A DNA stretch of 26,122 nucleotides, taken from contig JBBIVV010000032.1 in NCBI GenBank assembly GCA_037439545.1, positions 1 through 26,122 of the forward strand, given 5' to 3'. Of this stretch, positions 1-8,785 are shown piece by piece. The notes beneath the pieces are model-generated. The model was not told where the DNA came from. It did no database searches and saw only the letters and a list, made by a program, of their open reading frames with translations. The position numbers and the translations under genes are program-made. Each line of letters opens with the position of its first letter. Positions within the stretch are counted from its first letter, which is position 1. Origin of the DNA: a bacterium (lineage in GTDB: Bacteria > JAMCPX01).

Positions 1-119
1 CACATTTTTAATGTCAAGATTTTCCTCTAATTTAAATTTCCCCACCTTTTTCTTCATATTAACATCGGTCAAAAAGCTGCCCAGTTTTACCGACTATTAT
101 ATTACATACGAGTGCATAC

Positions 120-148
120 TTTACAATATGACTATAAATACCTATAAT
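120..148 (+). promoter_or_regulatory. Sigma70-type promoter for the DoxX-wrbA operon
   Basis: TTTACA (120-125), 17-nt spacer, perfect TATAAT (143-148), 29 nt before the ATG at 178. A G-rich RBS (AAAGGGGGG) precedes the start. Confidence 0.7.
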
Positions 149-177
149 AAGTGTAGCTGATAAAAAAGGGGGGTTCT

Positions 178-585
178 ATGGAAAGATACAAAAACGTGTT
201 ATTGCTGTTAGGAAGGGTTCTTTTCTCTGTGATATTTATTTTCGGGGCAATGGGACATCTGACAAAGGTGGATTACATGGCAGGTTATGCCGGAGCCATG
301 GGCGTGCCGTTCCCGAAGCTCGCCATAATCGTTACAGGGTTGATGCTCCTGGCAGGCAGCTTATCGATTCTGCTGGGATGGAAAATATCCTACGGTGCAA
401 TCATCTTGATTATATTCCTTATACCGGTAACGTACCAGATGCACTTTTTACCCATGCTGCATGCAACCGATCCTATGCAGAAGCAGATGCAGATGATAAA
501 CTTCCTTAAGAACATTGGGCTTATGGGCGGCGCTATTTATATAGCACTTCTGGGTGCAGGCAAGTACAGTATAGACAAGAAATAA
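178..585 (+). CDS. DoxX family membrane protein (putative oxidoreductase subunit)
   Basis: 135 aa with about 4 hydrophobic helices. Family-typical motifs: N-terminal LLGRVLFSVIF, H in GHL, FLKNIGLMGG and C-terminal GAGKYSID. Confidence 0.85.
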   Translation: MERYKNVLLLLGRVLFSVIFIFGAMGHLTKVDYMAGYAGAMGVPFPKLAIIVTGLMLLAGSLSILLGWKISYGAIILIIFLIPVTYQMHFLPMLHATDPMQKQMQMINFLKNIGLMGGAIYIALLGAGKYSIDKK

Positions 586-596
586 AGGAGGCCACT

Positions 597-1187
597 ATGG
601 CAAAGATAGCAGTCGTGTATTATTCGGCTTATGGCCACACCCTTGATCTGGCAAAGGCGATTGAGAAAGGGGCAAAGGAGGCAGGCGCTGAAACAAGGCT
701 GAGGAGAGTAAAGGAACTCATACCCGAAAATATCATCAAAGGCAACGCAGGGCTTTCCGCAGGTTATGAGATCCAGAAAAGTATACCGGAAGCAACGCTC
801 GAAGATCTTGAATGGGCAGACGGTATCGCATTCGGTACACCGACAAGATTCGGCAATACAACCGCCCAGCTCAGGAATTTTCTCGATCAGACAGGGCCGC
901 TGTGGGCTAAGGGAGCACTTGCAGGCAAGGTCGCAGCCTTTTTTACCGGTGCATCTACGCCGCACGGAGGCCATGAAACAACGATTCTTACCTTAAGTAC
1001 GTTTGCCTATCATCACGGAATGCTTATCATGCCCATGGGTTACACAATAAAGGGTTCGGGCGATCCTTACGGACCGACGTTCATATCGGGCGATGGATCT
1101 AAACCAGTGGGCGAGGAAGAAAAAAGGCTTGCGTATGAGTTTGGCAAGAACCTTGCAAAGACCGCACAAAAATTAGCGGGAAAATAA
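597..1187 (+). CDS. wrbA: NAD(P)H:quinone oxidoreductase, WrbA flavodoxin-like family
   Basis: VVYYSAYGHT FMN-binding loop, ADGIAFGTPTRFGN, LAGKVAAFFT, HGGHETT and HHGM motifs. RBS AAGGAGG upstream. Confidence 0.93.
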   Translation: MAKIAVVYYSAYGHTLDLAKAIEKGAKEAGAETRLRRVKELIPENIIKGNAGLSAGYEIQKSIPEATLEDLEWADGIAFGTPTRFGNTTAQLRNFLDQTGPLWAKGALAGKVAAFFTGASTPHGGHETTILTLSTFAYHHGMLIMPMGYTIKGSGDPYGPTFISGDGSKPVGEEEKRLAYEFGKNLAKTAQKLAGK

Positions 1188-1199
1188 TCATCCTGCATT

Positions 1200-1235
1200 C
1201 CCTACACAAACTCCACACGCCGTCCGTGTGTAGGG
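1200..1235. terminator. Stem-loop at the wrbA/purM convergent junction, inside the purM 3' end
   Basis: CCCTACACA (1200-1208) is the reverse complement of TGTGTAGGG (1227-1235). An alternative inner hairpin is CACACG (1214-1219)/CGTGTG (1225-1230). There is no U-tract, so terminator function is unproven. Confidence 0.4.
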
Positions 1236-2233
1236 GAACGCCTCATCTCTCCGATAACGTAGGCTTTTTTGTGCCGGAGGTTTATAACGCGCAAAGCTTT
1301 TTCAACTTTGGTCTTATCTACAATCACTATCATGCCGATGCCGTTGTTAAAAGTCCTGAGCATCTCGATATTATCGACACTGCCAAGTCCCTTAATCATA
1401 TCGAAGACAGGAGGTATATCCCATGAGCCTGTTTTTATCAGTGCAGTATATTTTTGCGGGAATACTCGCGGCAGGTTATCTACGATGCCGCCTCCAGTTA
1501 TGTGGGCAGCGGCCTTTATCAGATTATCTTGAACGAGCGACAAAACGGTCCTCACATAAATGATCGTGGGCTTGAGCAGTTCTTCTCCCAGGGTGCATCG
1601 AAACTCGTCTATATAGGCATTTAACCGCATCTTTTTCTTTTCGAGCAGTACCCGTCTCGCAAGAGAGTAACCGTTGCTGTGGAGTCCGCTTGAGCCTATT
1701 CCAATAAGCACATCACCCTGCCTAACTCCCGTCCCAGTCAGACGCTTCTGTTTGTCGACGACACCTACTACAAACCCTGCAAGATCGTATTCATCTCCGG
1801 TATAGAAACCCGGCAGTTCTGCTGTTTCTCCGCCTAACAATGCACAATTTGCCTGCTTGCATCCATGGACAATACCGCTGATGATGTCTTTTGCAACGCC
1901 CAGTTTCAGTTTTGATGCAGCTATGTAATCGAGGAACGCCACGGGCTCTGCACCGCTGACGACGACATCGTTGACATTCATGGCAACAAGGTCAATGCCG
2001 ACCGTGTCATGCACATCCATCATGAAGGCTATCTTGAGCTTTGTGCCCACGCCATCCGTGGAGGTAACGATGACAGGCTGCTTATACTGTGTCCTGTTGA
2101 TCTCGAATAGCCCTGCAAACCCGCCGATACCTGACAAAACGCCATTCCTCATCGTTGACTTTGCAGCAGGCTTTATCATTTCAACAAAGGCATTGCCTCT
2201 GTCAATACTCACACCGGCATCACTGTATTTCAT
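1202..2233 (-). CDS. purM: Phosphoribosylformylglycinamidine cyclo-ligase (AIR synthetase)
   Basis: YSDAGVSID, GGFAGLF, STDGVGTKL, DLVAMNVND, GGETAELPG, SSGLHSNGYSL, HITGGG and TFNNGIGM motifs. Confidence 0.97.
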   Translation of the reverse strand: MKYSDAGVSIDRGNAFVEMIKPAAKSTMRNGVLSGIGGFAGLFEINRTQYKQPVIVTSTDGVGTKLKIAFMMDVHDTVGIDLVAMNVNDVVVSGAEPVAFLDYIAASKLKLGVAKDIISGIVHGCKQANCALLGGETAELPGFYTGDEYDLAGFVVGVVDKQKRLTGTGVRQGDVLIGIGSSGLHSNGYSLARRVLLEKKKMRLNAYIDEFRCTLGEELLKPTIIYVRTVLSLVQDNLIKAAAHITGGGIVDNLPRVFPQKYTALIKTGSWDIPPVFDMIKGLGSVDNIEMLRTFNNGIGMIVIVDKTKVEKALRVINLRHKKAYVIGEMRRSPTHGRRVEFV

Positions 2234-2234
2234 A

Positions 2235-3392
2235 TTAATCTGCTTTTTTTCTCAAAAACGTCGGTATGTCAAGCTCATCCTCATCATAACTTGCCAGCAT
2301 GACCTTTTTTACGGATTTTACCGAATCAATCTCGTCAATCTTTCTGTCCGCGCGCTTAAAAGCAGGTATGTCCCTGTTTGCTTCACTGTGGATGACAGAG
2401 AGCTTTCCTGAGCCGGGATATTTCGCATTGACCTTTCTTTCACCAAAACCGGTTGCTATTACCGTAACATTAAGGCTTTCACCCATATTGTCATCAATGA
2501 CCGTGCCGTATATTACATTTGCATTGTCATCTACCTGCTCTTTGACCAGTTCACACGCATCCTTGACTTCGTTCAGGGTAAGCGATGCATTACCTGTAAT
2601 GTTGATCAGAATGCCCTTTGCACCGTTGATGGATATGTCTTCGAGCAAGGGATTCGATATTGCTTTATGCGCAGCGTCCTTCGCCCTTTTCTCGCCTTCA
2701 CCGCTGCCTGTACCCATCATGGCCATGCCCATCTCTCCCATGACCGTTTTTACGTCTGCAAAATCAACGTTCACCAGTCCCGGAATTGTAATAATATCGG
2801 AAATGCCCCTTACCGCATGCAGAAGCACCTCATCTACCTTTGCATAGGCTTCGAGAATTGTTGTCTTATTGTCAGCTATGTTGAACAAGCGGTCATTGGG
2901 TATTACAATCAATGTATCGACATACTGGCTAAGCTCATCTATCCCCTTGTCTGCCTGTACGTGTCTCTTTTTACCTTCGAATTCAAAGGGCTTTGTTACG
3001 ACTGCAACGACAAGCGCTCCGAGTGATTTTGCCGCCTTTGCTATAATCGGGCTTGCTCCGGTCCCGGTCCCTCCCCCCATACCTGCGGTCACGAAGATCA
3101 TATCTGATCCGGCAAGTGCGTCATTTATCTTTGCCTCATCCTCGACTGCGGCTTCCTTGCCCACCTCAGGATTTGCACCGGCGCCGAGCCCCTTCGTCAG
3201 CTTGGAGCCGAGCTGTATCTTATATCCCGCTTTGTTCCTGGTAAGGACCTGCATGTCCGTATTTGCCGCTATGAAGTCCACTCCTTTCATGCCGTTCTTT
3301 ATCATTGTATTGACCGCATTGCCGCCGCCGCCGCCGACACCTACAACCTTGATTCTGGCTGTGTGGTGGTACTCGTTACTTAACTCAAACAT
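2235..3392 (-). CDS. ftsZ: Cell division GTPase FtsZ
   Basis: [15 protein letters not shown], tubulin signature [16 protein letters not shown] synergy loop and C-terminal DIPTFLRK peptide. Confidence 0.99.
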   Translation of the reverse strand: MFELSNEYHHTARIKVVGVGGGGGNAVNTMIKNGMKGVDFIAANTDMQVLTRNKAGYKIQLGSKLTKGLGAGANPEVGKEAAVEDEAKINDALAGSDMIFVTAGMGGGTGTGASPIIAKAAKSLGALVVAVVTKPFEFEGKKRHVQADKGIDELSQYVDTLIVIPNDRLFNIADNKTTILEAYAKVDEVLLHAVRGISDIITIPGLVNVDFADVKTVMGEMGMAMMGTGSGEGEKRAKDAAHKAISNPLLEDISINGAKGILINITGNASLTLNEVKDACELVKEQVDDNANVIYGTVIDDNMGESLNVTVIATGFGERKVNAKYPGSGKLSVIHSEANRDIPAFKRADRKIDEIDSVKSVKKVMLASYDEDELDIPTFLRKKAD

Positions 3393-3394
3393 TT

Positions 3395-4639
3395 TTAATC
3401 TCCTTTTTTAATAAATAGTTTTGATGCTATGTTTGCAAAAAACTCTCTTATCCTGTTTAATATTTCCATGTCCCTGTTGCCGTAATTCCTTACATGTGAA
3501 TGCTTGCTGCCATAGATCACAAGCCCCACTGCCGTCGCGTATGACGGATCTTTTACCACGTCCGTAAGACCGCCGATACCTGCCGGAAACCCGATCCTTA
3601 CCGGCAGATTGAATATCTGTTCGCCGAGATCGACCATGCCGTCCAGCACGGAACTGCCGCCGGTCAGGACCACACCGGCCGATATGAATTCCTTAAACCC
3701 CGATTTTGTGATCTCCTTATCGACAAGCGACAGTATTTCCTCTGTCCTCAGCTCTATAATCTCCGCAAGGGTCTGTCTCGATATCGTTCTCGTCTTCCTG
3801 CTCCCTATGCCCGGCACTTCTACCATTTCTGCCTTGTCGACGTTCGTGCGGAGCACGGTGCCGTATTTTATCTTGATCTTTTCTGCCTCATGGATAGGTG
3901 TTCTCAGCCCTACCGAAACGTCTTTCGTAAGATGTTCCCCGCCGAGTCCAATGACACTCGTGTACTTTATACTGCCCTCGTAGAATATGGCTATGTCCGT
4001 TGTCCCGCCGCCTATATCCACGAGAACGACTCCGAGTTCTTTTTCCTCGGGATTGAGGACAGCCTCACTCGATGCAATCGATTGCAGGACGATGTCAGAG
4101 ACCGTAAGCCCCGATCTGTTGCATGATTTTACGATGTTCATGGCAGAAGAAACATTCGCAGTCACAATATGTACTTTAACCTCGAGCCGCACGCCTGCCA
4201 TGCCGAGAGGATCTTTTATCCCGCCCTGATCATCGATGATAAACTCATGCGGTATCACATGAATGACGTCTTTATCCGTGGGTATGGGCATTGCCTTTGC
4301 CGCATCGACGACCCTTTTTATGTCGTTTGATTTTACCTCTCTGTCCTTTATGGCAATCACGCCGCTGCTGTTAAAACTCTTTATATGATCTCCTGCAATA
4401 CCCGTGTACACGCTCGATATCTCATAATCGGACATGAGTTCTGCTTCTTCGATTGCCTGTCTTATGGCCTTGACGGTCGTCTCGATATTTATAATGTTGC
4501 CTTTACTCAGGCCATGCGATGGAGAAACCTTTCCTATGCCCACAATATCAAGCGTGCCCTCTTTCAATTCACCCACAATGGCACACACCTTTGTTGTACC
4601 TATATCCAGCCCAACAATCATATTATCCTTTTTTTTCAA
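3395..4639 (-). CDS. ftsA: Cell division protein FtsA
   Basis: [27 protein letters not shown] and GVVLTGGSS actin-like motifs plus a C-terminal amphipathic helix. The TTG start is supported by an upstream AAGGAGGTG. Confidence 0.98.
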   Translation of the reverse strand: MKKKDNMIVGLDIGTTKVCAIVGELKEGTLDIVGIGKVSPSHGLSKGNIINIETTVKAIRQAIEEAELMSDYEISSVYTGIAGDHIKSFNSSGVIAIKDREVKSNDIKRVVDAAKAMPIPTDKDVIHVIPHEFIIDDQGGIKDPLGMAGVRLEVKVHIVTANVSSAMNIVKSCNRSGLTVSDIVLQSIASSEAVLNPEEKELGVVLVDIGGGTTDIAIFYEGSIKYTSVIGLGGEHLTKDVSVGLRTPIHEAEKIKIKYGTVLRTNVDKAEMVEVPGIGSRKTRTISRQTLAEIIELRTEEILSLVDKEITKSGFKEFISAGVVLTGGSSVLDGMVDLGEQIFNLPVRIGFPAGIGGLTDVVKDPSYATAVGLVIYGSKHSHVRNYGNRDMEILNRIREFFANIASKLFIKKGD

Positions 4640-5537
4640 TGTCGTTCACCTCCTTTTGACCGCTTTTCAATGAAAGGTTTAAAGATGTACTGTCCGTAAA
4701 GCCCGGCTTATAGTGAATAACCCCCATGCCTGTGAACCTCAGATCGACAGTGGAAAACATCTGCACCTTGTCTCCAAAATAACTTATTATTGCATTGAGC
4801 TTGCCTATGCGTGAAGTCAGGTTATCCGTCCCAAACCGTATAATGAATCCGTCATTGGTGACCACCGTATACCCCGTAGTGTCGACGTGCAGTTCCGAAA
4901 TATCTTTGCTGACAATGAGAGAATTTTGATCGAGCTCTTTTATGAAGGATACCGCATCTGCAACCGGCCCAAGCGGCACATTCATAAAATCGCCGTCCTT
5001 TACATTAAAACCGGTAATAATGGGGTAGTTGAATGAATCACGATCGTTTACCTTTTTAAAGATTATGCCATTGCCGTCGACATAGTACATCCGATCCAGC
5101 AGGATCATGCAGTACGCCTTTCTTTCCGTCACCGTAATGTCTATCTTATGGGGCGGAGATTTCCTTATGGATAAACTGCTTATCCATGGTATGGTCATTA
5201 TATTGCTTCTTACCTGAGCAAGCTGAATCGAAAAAATATTCTGTCCGAAAGTAAGTTCGGATGCGCTGATAATCTCTGACGGCAGAACATGCTCGTACCC
5301 CTGGACTTCAACTTCTTTTAAAGCGAACAGGTGCGATGAGCCTATGAAGTGCATTGCCTTTATGTACAGCACATAGCCACCACTGCATGTGCCGGCAATC
5401 ATAAGGATGTAAAAAACGTATTTCAGGTACGTGCGGACGCGGTACCCGCCCGGAAAATTGGACGTGCGCCTGTTCGAGCGCAGGTTTGATGAACTTCTCA
5501 GTCTTACTTTAAAATCGGATGGCAATAATCTGTTCAC
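4623..5537 (-). CDS. ftsQ: Cell division protein FtsQ/DivIB (POTRA domain)
   Basis: Basic cytoplasmic N-terminus, single TM helix, POTRA-like segment (LKEVEVQG...PWISSLSIRKSPPHKIDITVTER) and C-terminal VDLRF. Lies between ddl and ftsA; the GTG start abuts the ddl stop. Confidence 0.9.
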   Translation of the reverse strand: MNRLLPSDFKVRLRSSSNLRSNRRTSNFPGGYRVRTYLKYVFYILMIAGTCSGGYVLYIKAMHFIGSSHLFALKEVEVQGYEHVLPSEIISASELTFGQNIFSIQLAQVRSNIMTIPWISSLSIRKSPPHKIDITVTERKAYCMILLDRMYYVDGNGIIFKKVNDRDSFNYPIITGFNVKDGDFMNVPLGPVADAVSFIKELDQNSLIVSKDISELHVDTTGYTVVTNDGFIIRFGTDNLTSRIGKLNAIISYFGDKVQMFSTVDLRFTGMGVIHYKPGFTDSTSLNLSLKSGQKEVNDIEKKG

Positions 5538-6485
5538 CTAATTTTCCCCTTTGTTTTTTCCCTTTAAGCACGCTGATTTAAGTATACCTTCTATAAGCGC
5601 TTCATAGCTGATGCCTTTGTTCTCGGCTATCTTCGGTACATAGCTCAGGGATGTCAGCCCCGGCAGTGTATTCACCTCGAGCATATAAGACCTGCCGCCT
5701 GCCGTGACCCTGAAATCTATTCGTGAATAAAAACTGCATTCCAGCAACCGGTGCGCTGCCAGCGCCGATTCCTCTATGTTCTTGATAACATCCTGTGACA
5801 GCGACGGCGGTATAAGGAACGTCTCTCTGCCTTCCGTATACTTGACCTCGTAGTTCAGGAATTTTTCTCCGGATCGTATCTCCATGGAGCCGAGGACCTT
5901 ATCGTCATAAAGAGCGACTGTTACATCCATGCCGTCTATGAATTTCTCTATGAGTACGCGGCGGTCATACCCGAGTGCATCGGTAATTGCTTTGTTCAGT
6001 TCTCCGGGTTCCGATACCTTGCTTATGCCGACACTTGAACCCTCGCATGCCGGCTTGACAATGTAAGGCAGGTTTATACCGCTTTCTTTGAGCAATTGAT
6101 CGTATCCCACCGCATGATCGACGACCATGTATTGGGGCGTCAGTATGCCCCCGCTTGTAAGAATATGTTTCGTAAAGATTTTGTCCATTGCCGCTGCACT
6201 TGCAGTAATACCTGACCCTGTGTAGGGGATGCCCATAAGCTCAAGCACGCCCTGAACGACTCCATCTTCACCCAAGGTGCCGTGGAGCGCATTGAATGCA
6301 GCTTTTATCTTCAGTTCTTTCAGTTTAAACGGCAGGTCCCTGTCCACTTCGACCTTCACGACATTATAGCCGATGCCTGAGAGTGCCTTATAAACAGCAT
6401 CCCCGCTGAGCCTTGATATCTCTTTTTCTGAAGAAAACCCGCCAAGCAGCACGGCCACCTTATCATTTTTTGCGACATTATTCAT
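5538..6485 (-). CDS. ddl: D-alanine--D-alanine ligase
   Basis: VAVLLGGFSSEKEIS, ALHGTLGEDG, PYTGSG, GSSVGI, NYEVKY omega loop and LEVNTLPGLT. Confidence 0.97.
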   Translation of the reverse strand: MNNVAKNDKVAVLLGGFSSEKEISRLSGDAVYKALSGIGYNVVKVEVDRDLPFKLKELKIKAAFNALHGTLGEDGVVQGVLELMGIPYTGSGITASAAAMDKIFTKHILTSGGILTPQYMVVDHAVGYDQLLKESGINLPYIVKPACEGSSVGISKVSEPGELNKAITDALGYDRRVLIEKFIDGMDVTVALYDDKVLGSMEIRSGEKFLNYEVKYTEGRETFLIPPSLSQDVIKNIEESALAAHRLLECSFYSRIDFRVTAGGRSYMLEVNTLPGLTSLSYVPKIAENKGISYEALIEGILKSACLKGKNKGEN

Positions 6486-7402
6486 AACTGTTCACCTATA
6501 ATAATGGCTTCCAACTCGAGCCTTATTCCGCTTTTTTCTTTCACCTTTTCAATACCTGCGTCGATAAGCGCCAGCACATCGTCTGCAGCGGCATTGCCTG
6601 TATTGATAATAAAATTTGTGTGCAGCTCGGAATACTTTGCTCCCCTGACCCTTACCCCGCGCACTCCGGCCTCGTCCAACAGTTTCCATGCCTTGATCTT
6701 CGGGGGATTTTTAAAGATAGAGCCGCAGCTCGGATAATTGAGCGGCTGGTTGTCCGTTTTGTCCTTCAGGACAGTCTCAACCATCTTACGGACCTTTTTT
6801 ATATCGGCCCTTTTCAGGGTCAGGAGTGCAGACACGACAATGGTGCTCGTCGAAAGTGCATTGCAAACCCTGTAGCCGAATCCCATTTGATCCCTGTCCT
6901 GTGTTTTGATCCTGCCGGACCGCTCTATAAATGTTACGGTATCAATCACGTCCGAAATACTGCCTTCTTTCGTACCTGCATTCATAAACACAGCGCCGCC
7001 TATTGTCCCTGGTATTCCTGCAAGCGGCTCCACACCGGAAAGTCCATGTTCGGAACTGTACTTTACGAGTTCTGCAAGCGGCATGCCTGCCCCGGCCTTC
7101 AGTTTCACTGTACCGCTGTCCTCAGACACGACCTCCATTGAATGAAGGGTATTCTTCACCCGTATCACCGGATATTTTATGCCGCCCTCCCGGACTATCA
7201 GGTTCGTTCCTGCACCGATCACAAAGTATCGCTGTTCATTGCGTTTCGACCAGTCGATGAATTTCAGGATGTCATCGGTATCTTCAGGCGTGAACATACA
7301 GGAACACAGACCTCCGACCTGCATGCTCGTATACTGCTTCATCGGTACATCAAGCATCACCTTGCCCCTGACAACCGACTGTAGTTCATTAAAATCAACC
7401 AT
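6482..7402 (-). CDS. murB: UDP-N-acetylenolpyruvoylglucosamine reductase
   Basis: IGAGTNL, GIPGTIGGAVFMNAG, FGYR, SCGSIFKNP and HTNFIIN motifs. Confidence 0.97.
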   Translation of the reverse strand: MVDFNELQSVVRGKVMLDVPMKQYTSMQVGGLCSCMFTPEDTDDILKFIDWSKRNEQRYFVIGAGTNLIVREGGIKYPVIRVKNTLHSMEVVSEDSGTVKLKAGAGMPLAELVKYSSEHGLSGVEPLAGIPGTIGGAVFMNAGTKEGSISDVIDTVTFIERSGRIKTQDRDQMGFGYRVCNALSTSTIVVSALLTLKRADIKKVRKMVETVLKDKTDNQPLNYPSCGSIFKNPPKIKAWKLLDEAGVRGVRVRGAKYSELHTNFIINTGNAAADDVLALIDAGIEKVKEKSGIRLELEAIIIGEQL

Positions 7403-8783
7403 TTTTTTTCAACCTCTTTATAAATGCGTCTCCGACCGCCGGGATATCGCCGGCGCCCTGCGTTATGACCATGTCACCGGGTCTTACGACTCGTTCGAGC
7501 TCGTCGACGATCTTATTTTTGTCCGGAATATACCTTACATCCTTGTATCCCATGTCCTTCATACTGCTGAACAGCCTGTATGCATTGACACCTTCTATAG
7601 GTTCCTCTCCTGCGGGATATATGTCCGTAATTATCAGGACATCCGCCTGATAAAACGCCGTGAGGAAATCATTGAACAAAAGCATTGTCCTCGTGTACCT
7701 GTGGGGCTGGAACACGACAATCAGTCTTCTGTTCCAGCCGCTCCTTGCCCCGGCAAGAGTTGCCTTAATCTCCTTCGGGTGGTGTCCGTAATCATCGACG
7801 ACGATAACATCGTTTATCTGATCCTTTATGTGGGCTTTTATCTGGAACCTTCTCTCGACGCCGTTGAATTTAGCGATGCCTTCTTTTATCTTCCCGGGCT
7901 CAATCTCAAGCTCGATACCCGCAGCAATGCCCGCGAGCGCATTGTAAACATTGTGTATGCCCGGCATATGTATCGTAAATGAACCGTACTGCCTGCCTTT
8001 GACCATAACGGAAAAATCGGATTCACCCTGTTTATGAATGACATTGTAGCCCTGAACATCGGCCTGGGTCGACAGTCCGTACGTCATCCTCCTTACATTC
8101 AGTCTCGGAAATATGGACGCAACGTTCTCCTCATCGAGGCAAAGGATGGCAAGCCCGTAGAAGGGGACCTTATTTATAAACTCAACGTAGGCATCTTTCG
8201 CCCTGTCGAATGTTTTATAATAATCGAGGTGCTCGGGATCTATGTTCGTGACGATGGCAATGGCCGGGGTAAGCTTGAGGAAGCTCCCGTCACTTTCATC
8301 GGCCTCGGCAACAAGGTACTCGCTTTGTCCGAGCTTTGCATTCGAGCCGAATATATTGACCTTTCCGCCGACTATGCTCGTCGGGTCAAGCCCGCCGCTT
8401 ACCAGCACGACGGACACTAAAGATGTGGTCGTCGTTTTACCGTGGCTGCCTGCTATTGCTATGGCATATTTAACCCTCATAAGCTCTGCAAGCATCTCTG
8501 CCCTGGGTATTGCAGGTATATTGTGCTCCCGCGCATACATGAGTTCGGGATTGTCATGTTTAACCGCCGAGGAGAATACGACAACATGGGCGTCTCCGAC
8601 ATTTGCCGCCTTATGTCCTATCGCTATGATTGCACCGAGGGACTGGAGCCTCTCCGTAACCTTTGACGCCTTCATATCCGAACCGCTGACCTCGTAACCG
8701 ATATTGATGAGCAGTTCGGCAATACCGCTCATACCGGCCCCGCCTATGCCCACGAAATGTATGTGTCTTATTCTCTTATGCAT
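7395..8783 (-). CDS. murC: UDP-N-acetylmuramate--L-alanine ligase
   Basis: HIHFVGIGGAGMSGIA, GSHGKTTTT, EADESDGSF, DDYGHHP and FQPHRYTRT. Start reassigned from 8864 to the ATG at 8783 (MHKRIRH), 2 nt after the murG stop and with an AGGGAAGG RBS. Confidence 0.97.
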   Translation of the reverse strand: MHKRIRHIHFVGIGGAGMSGIAELLINIGYEVSGSDMKASKVTERLQSLGAIIAIGHKAANVGDAHVVVFSSAVKHDNPELMYAREHNIPAIPRAEMLAELMRVKYAIAIAGSHGKTTTTSLVSVVLVSGGLDPTSIVGGKVNIFGSNAKLGQSEYLVAEADESDGSFLKLTPAIAIVTNIDPEHLDYYKTFDRAKDAYVEFINKVPFYGLAILCLDEENVASIFPRLNVRRMTYGLSTQADVQGYNVIHKQGESDFSVMVKGRQYGSFTIHMPGIHNVYNALAGIAAGIELEIEPGKIKEGIAKFNGVERRFQIKAHIKDQINDVIVVDDYGHHPKEIKATLAGARSGWNRRLIVVFQPHRYTRTMLLFNDFLTAFYQADVLIITDIYPAGEEPIEGVNAYRLFSSMKDMGYKDVRYIPDKNKIVDELERVVRPGDMVITQGAGDIPAVGDAFIKRLKKNG

Positions 8784-8785
8784 GC

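Noticed and set aside
5538..6485. Ddl as a D-Ala-D-Lac (vancomycin-resistance type) ligase
   Set aside because: The omega loop reads NYEVKY, as in ordinary D-Ala-D-Ala ligases, and the gene is in the normal dcw position.
7179..7982. 267-aa plus-strand ORF and the many other antisense ORFs over the dcw genes (e.g. 2299-2847, 2869-3411, 14226-14849)
   Set aside because: They lie fully opposite well-conserved genes, have no recognisable motifs or RBS, and show the composition typical of shadow frames.
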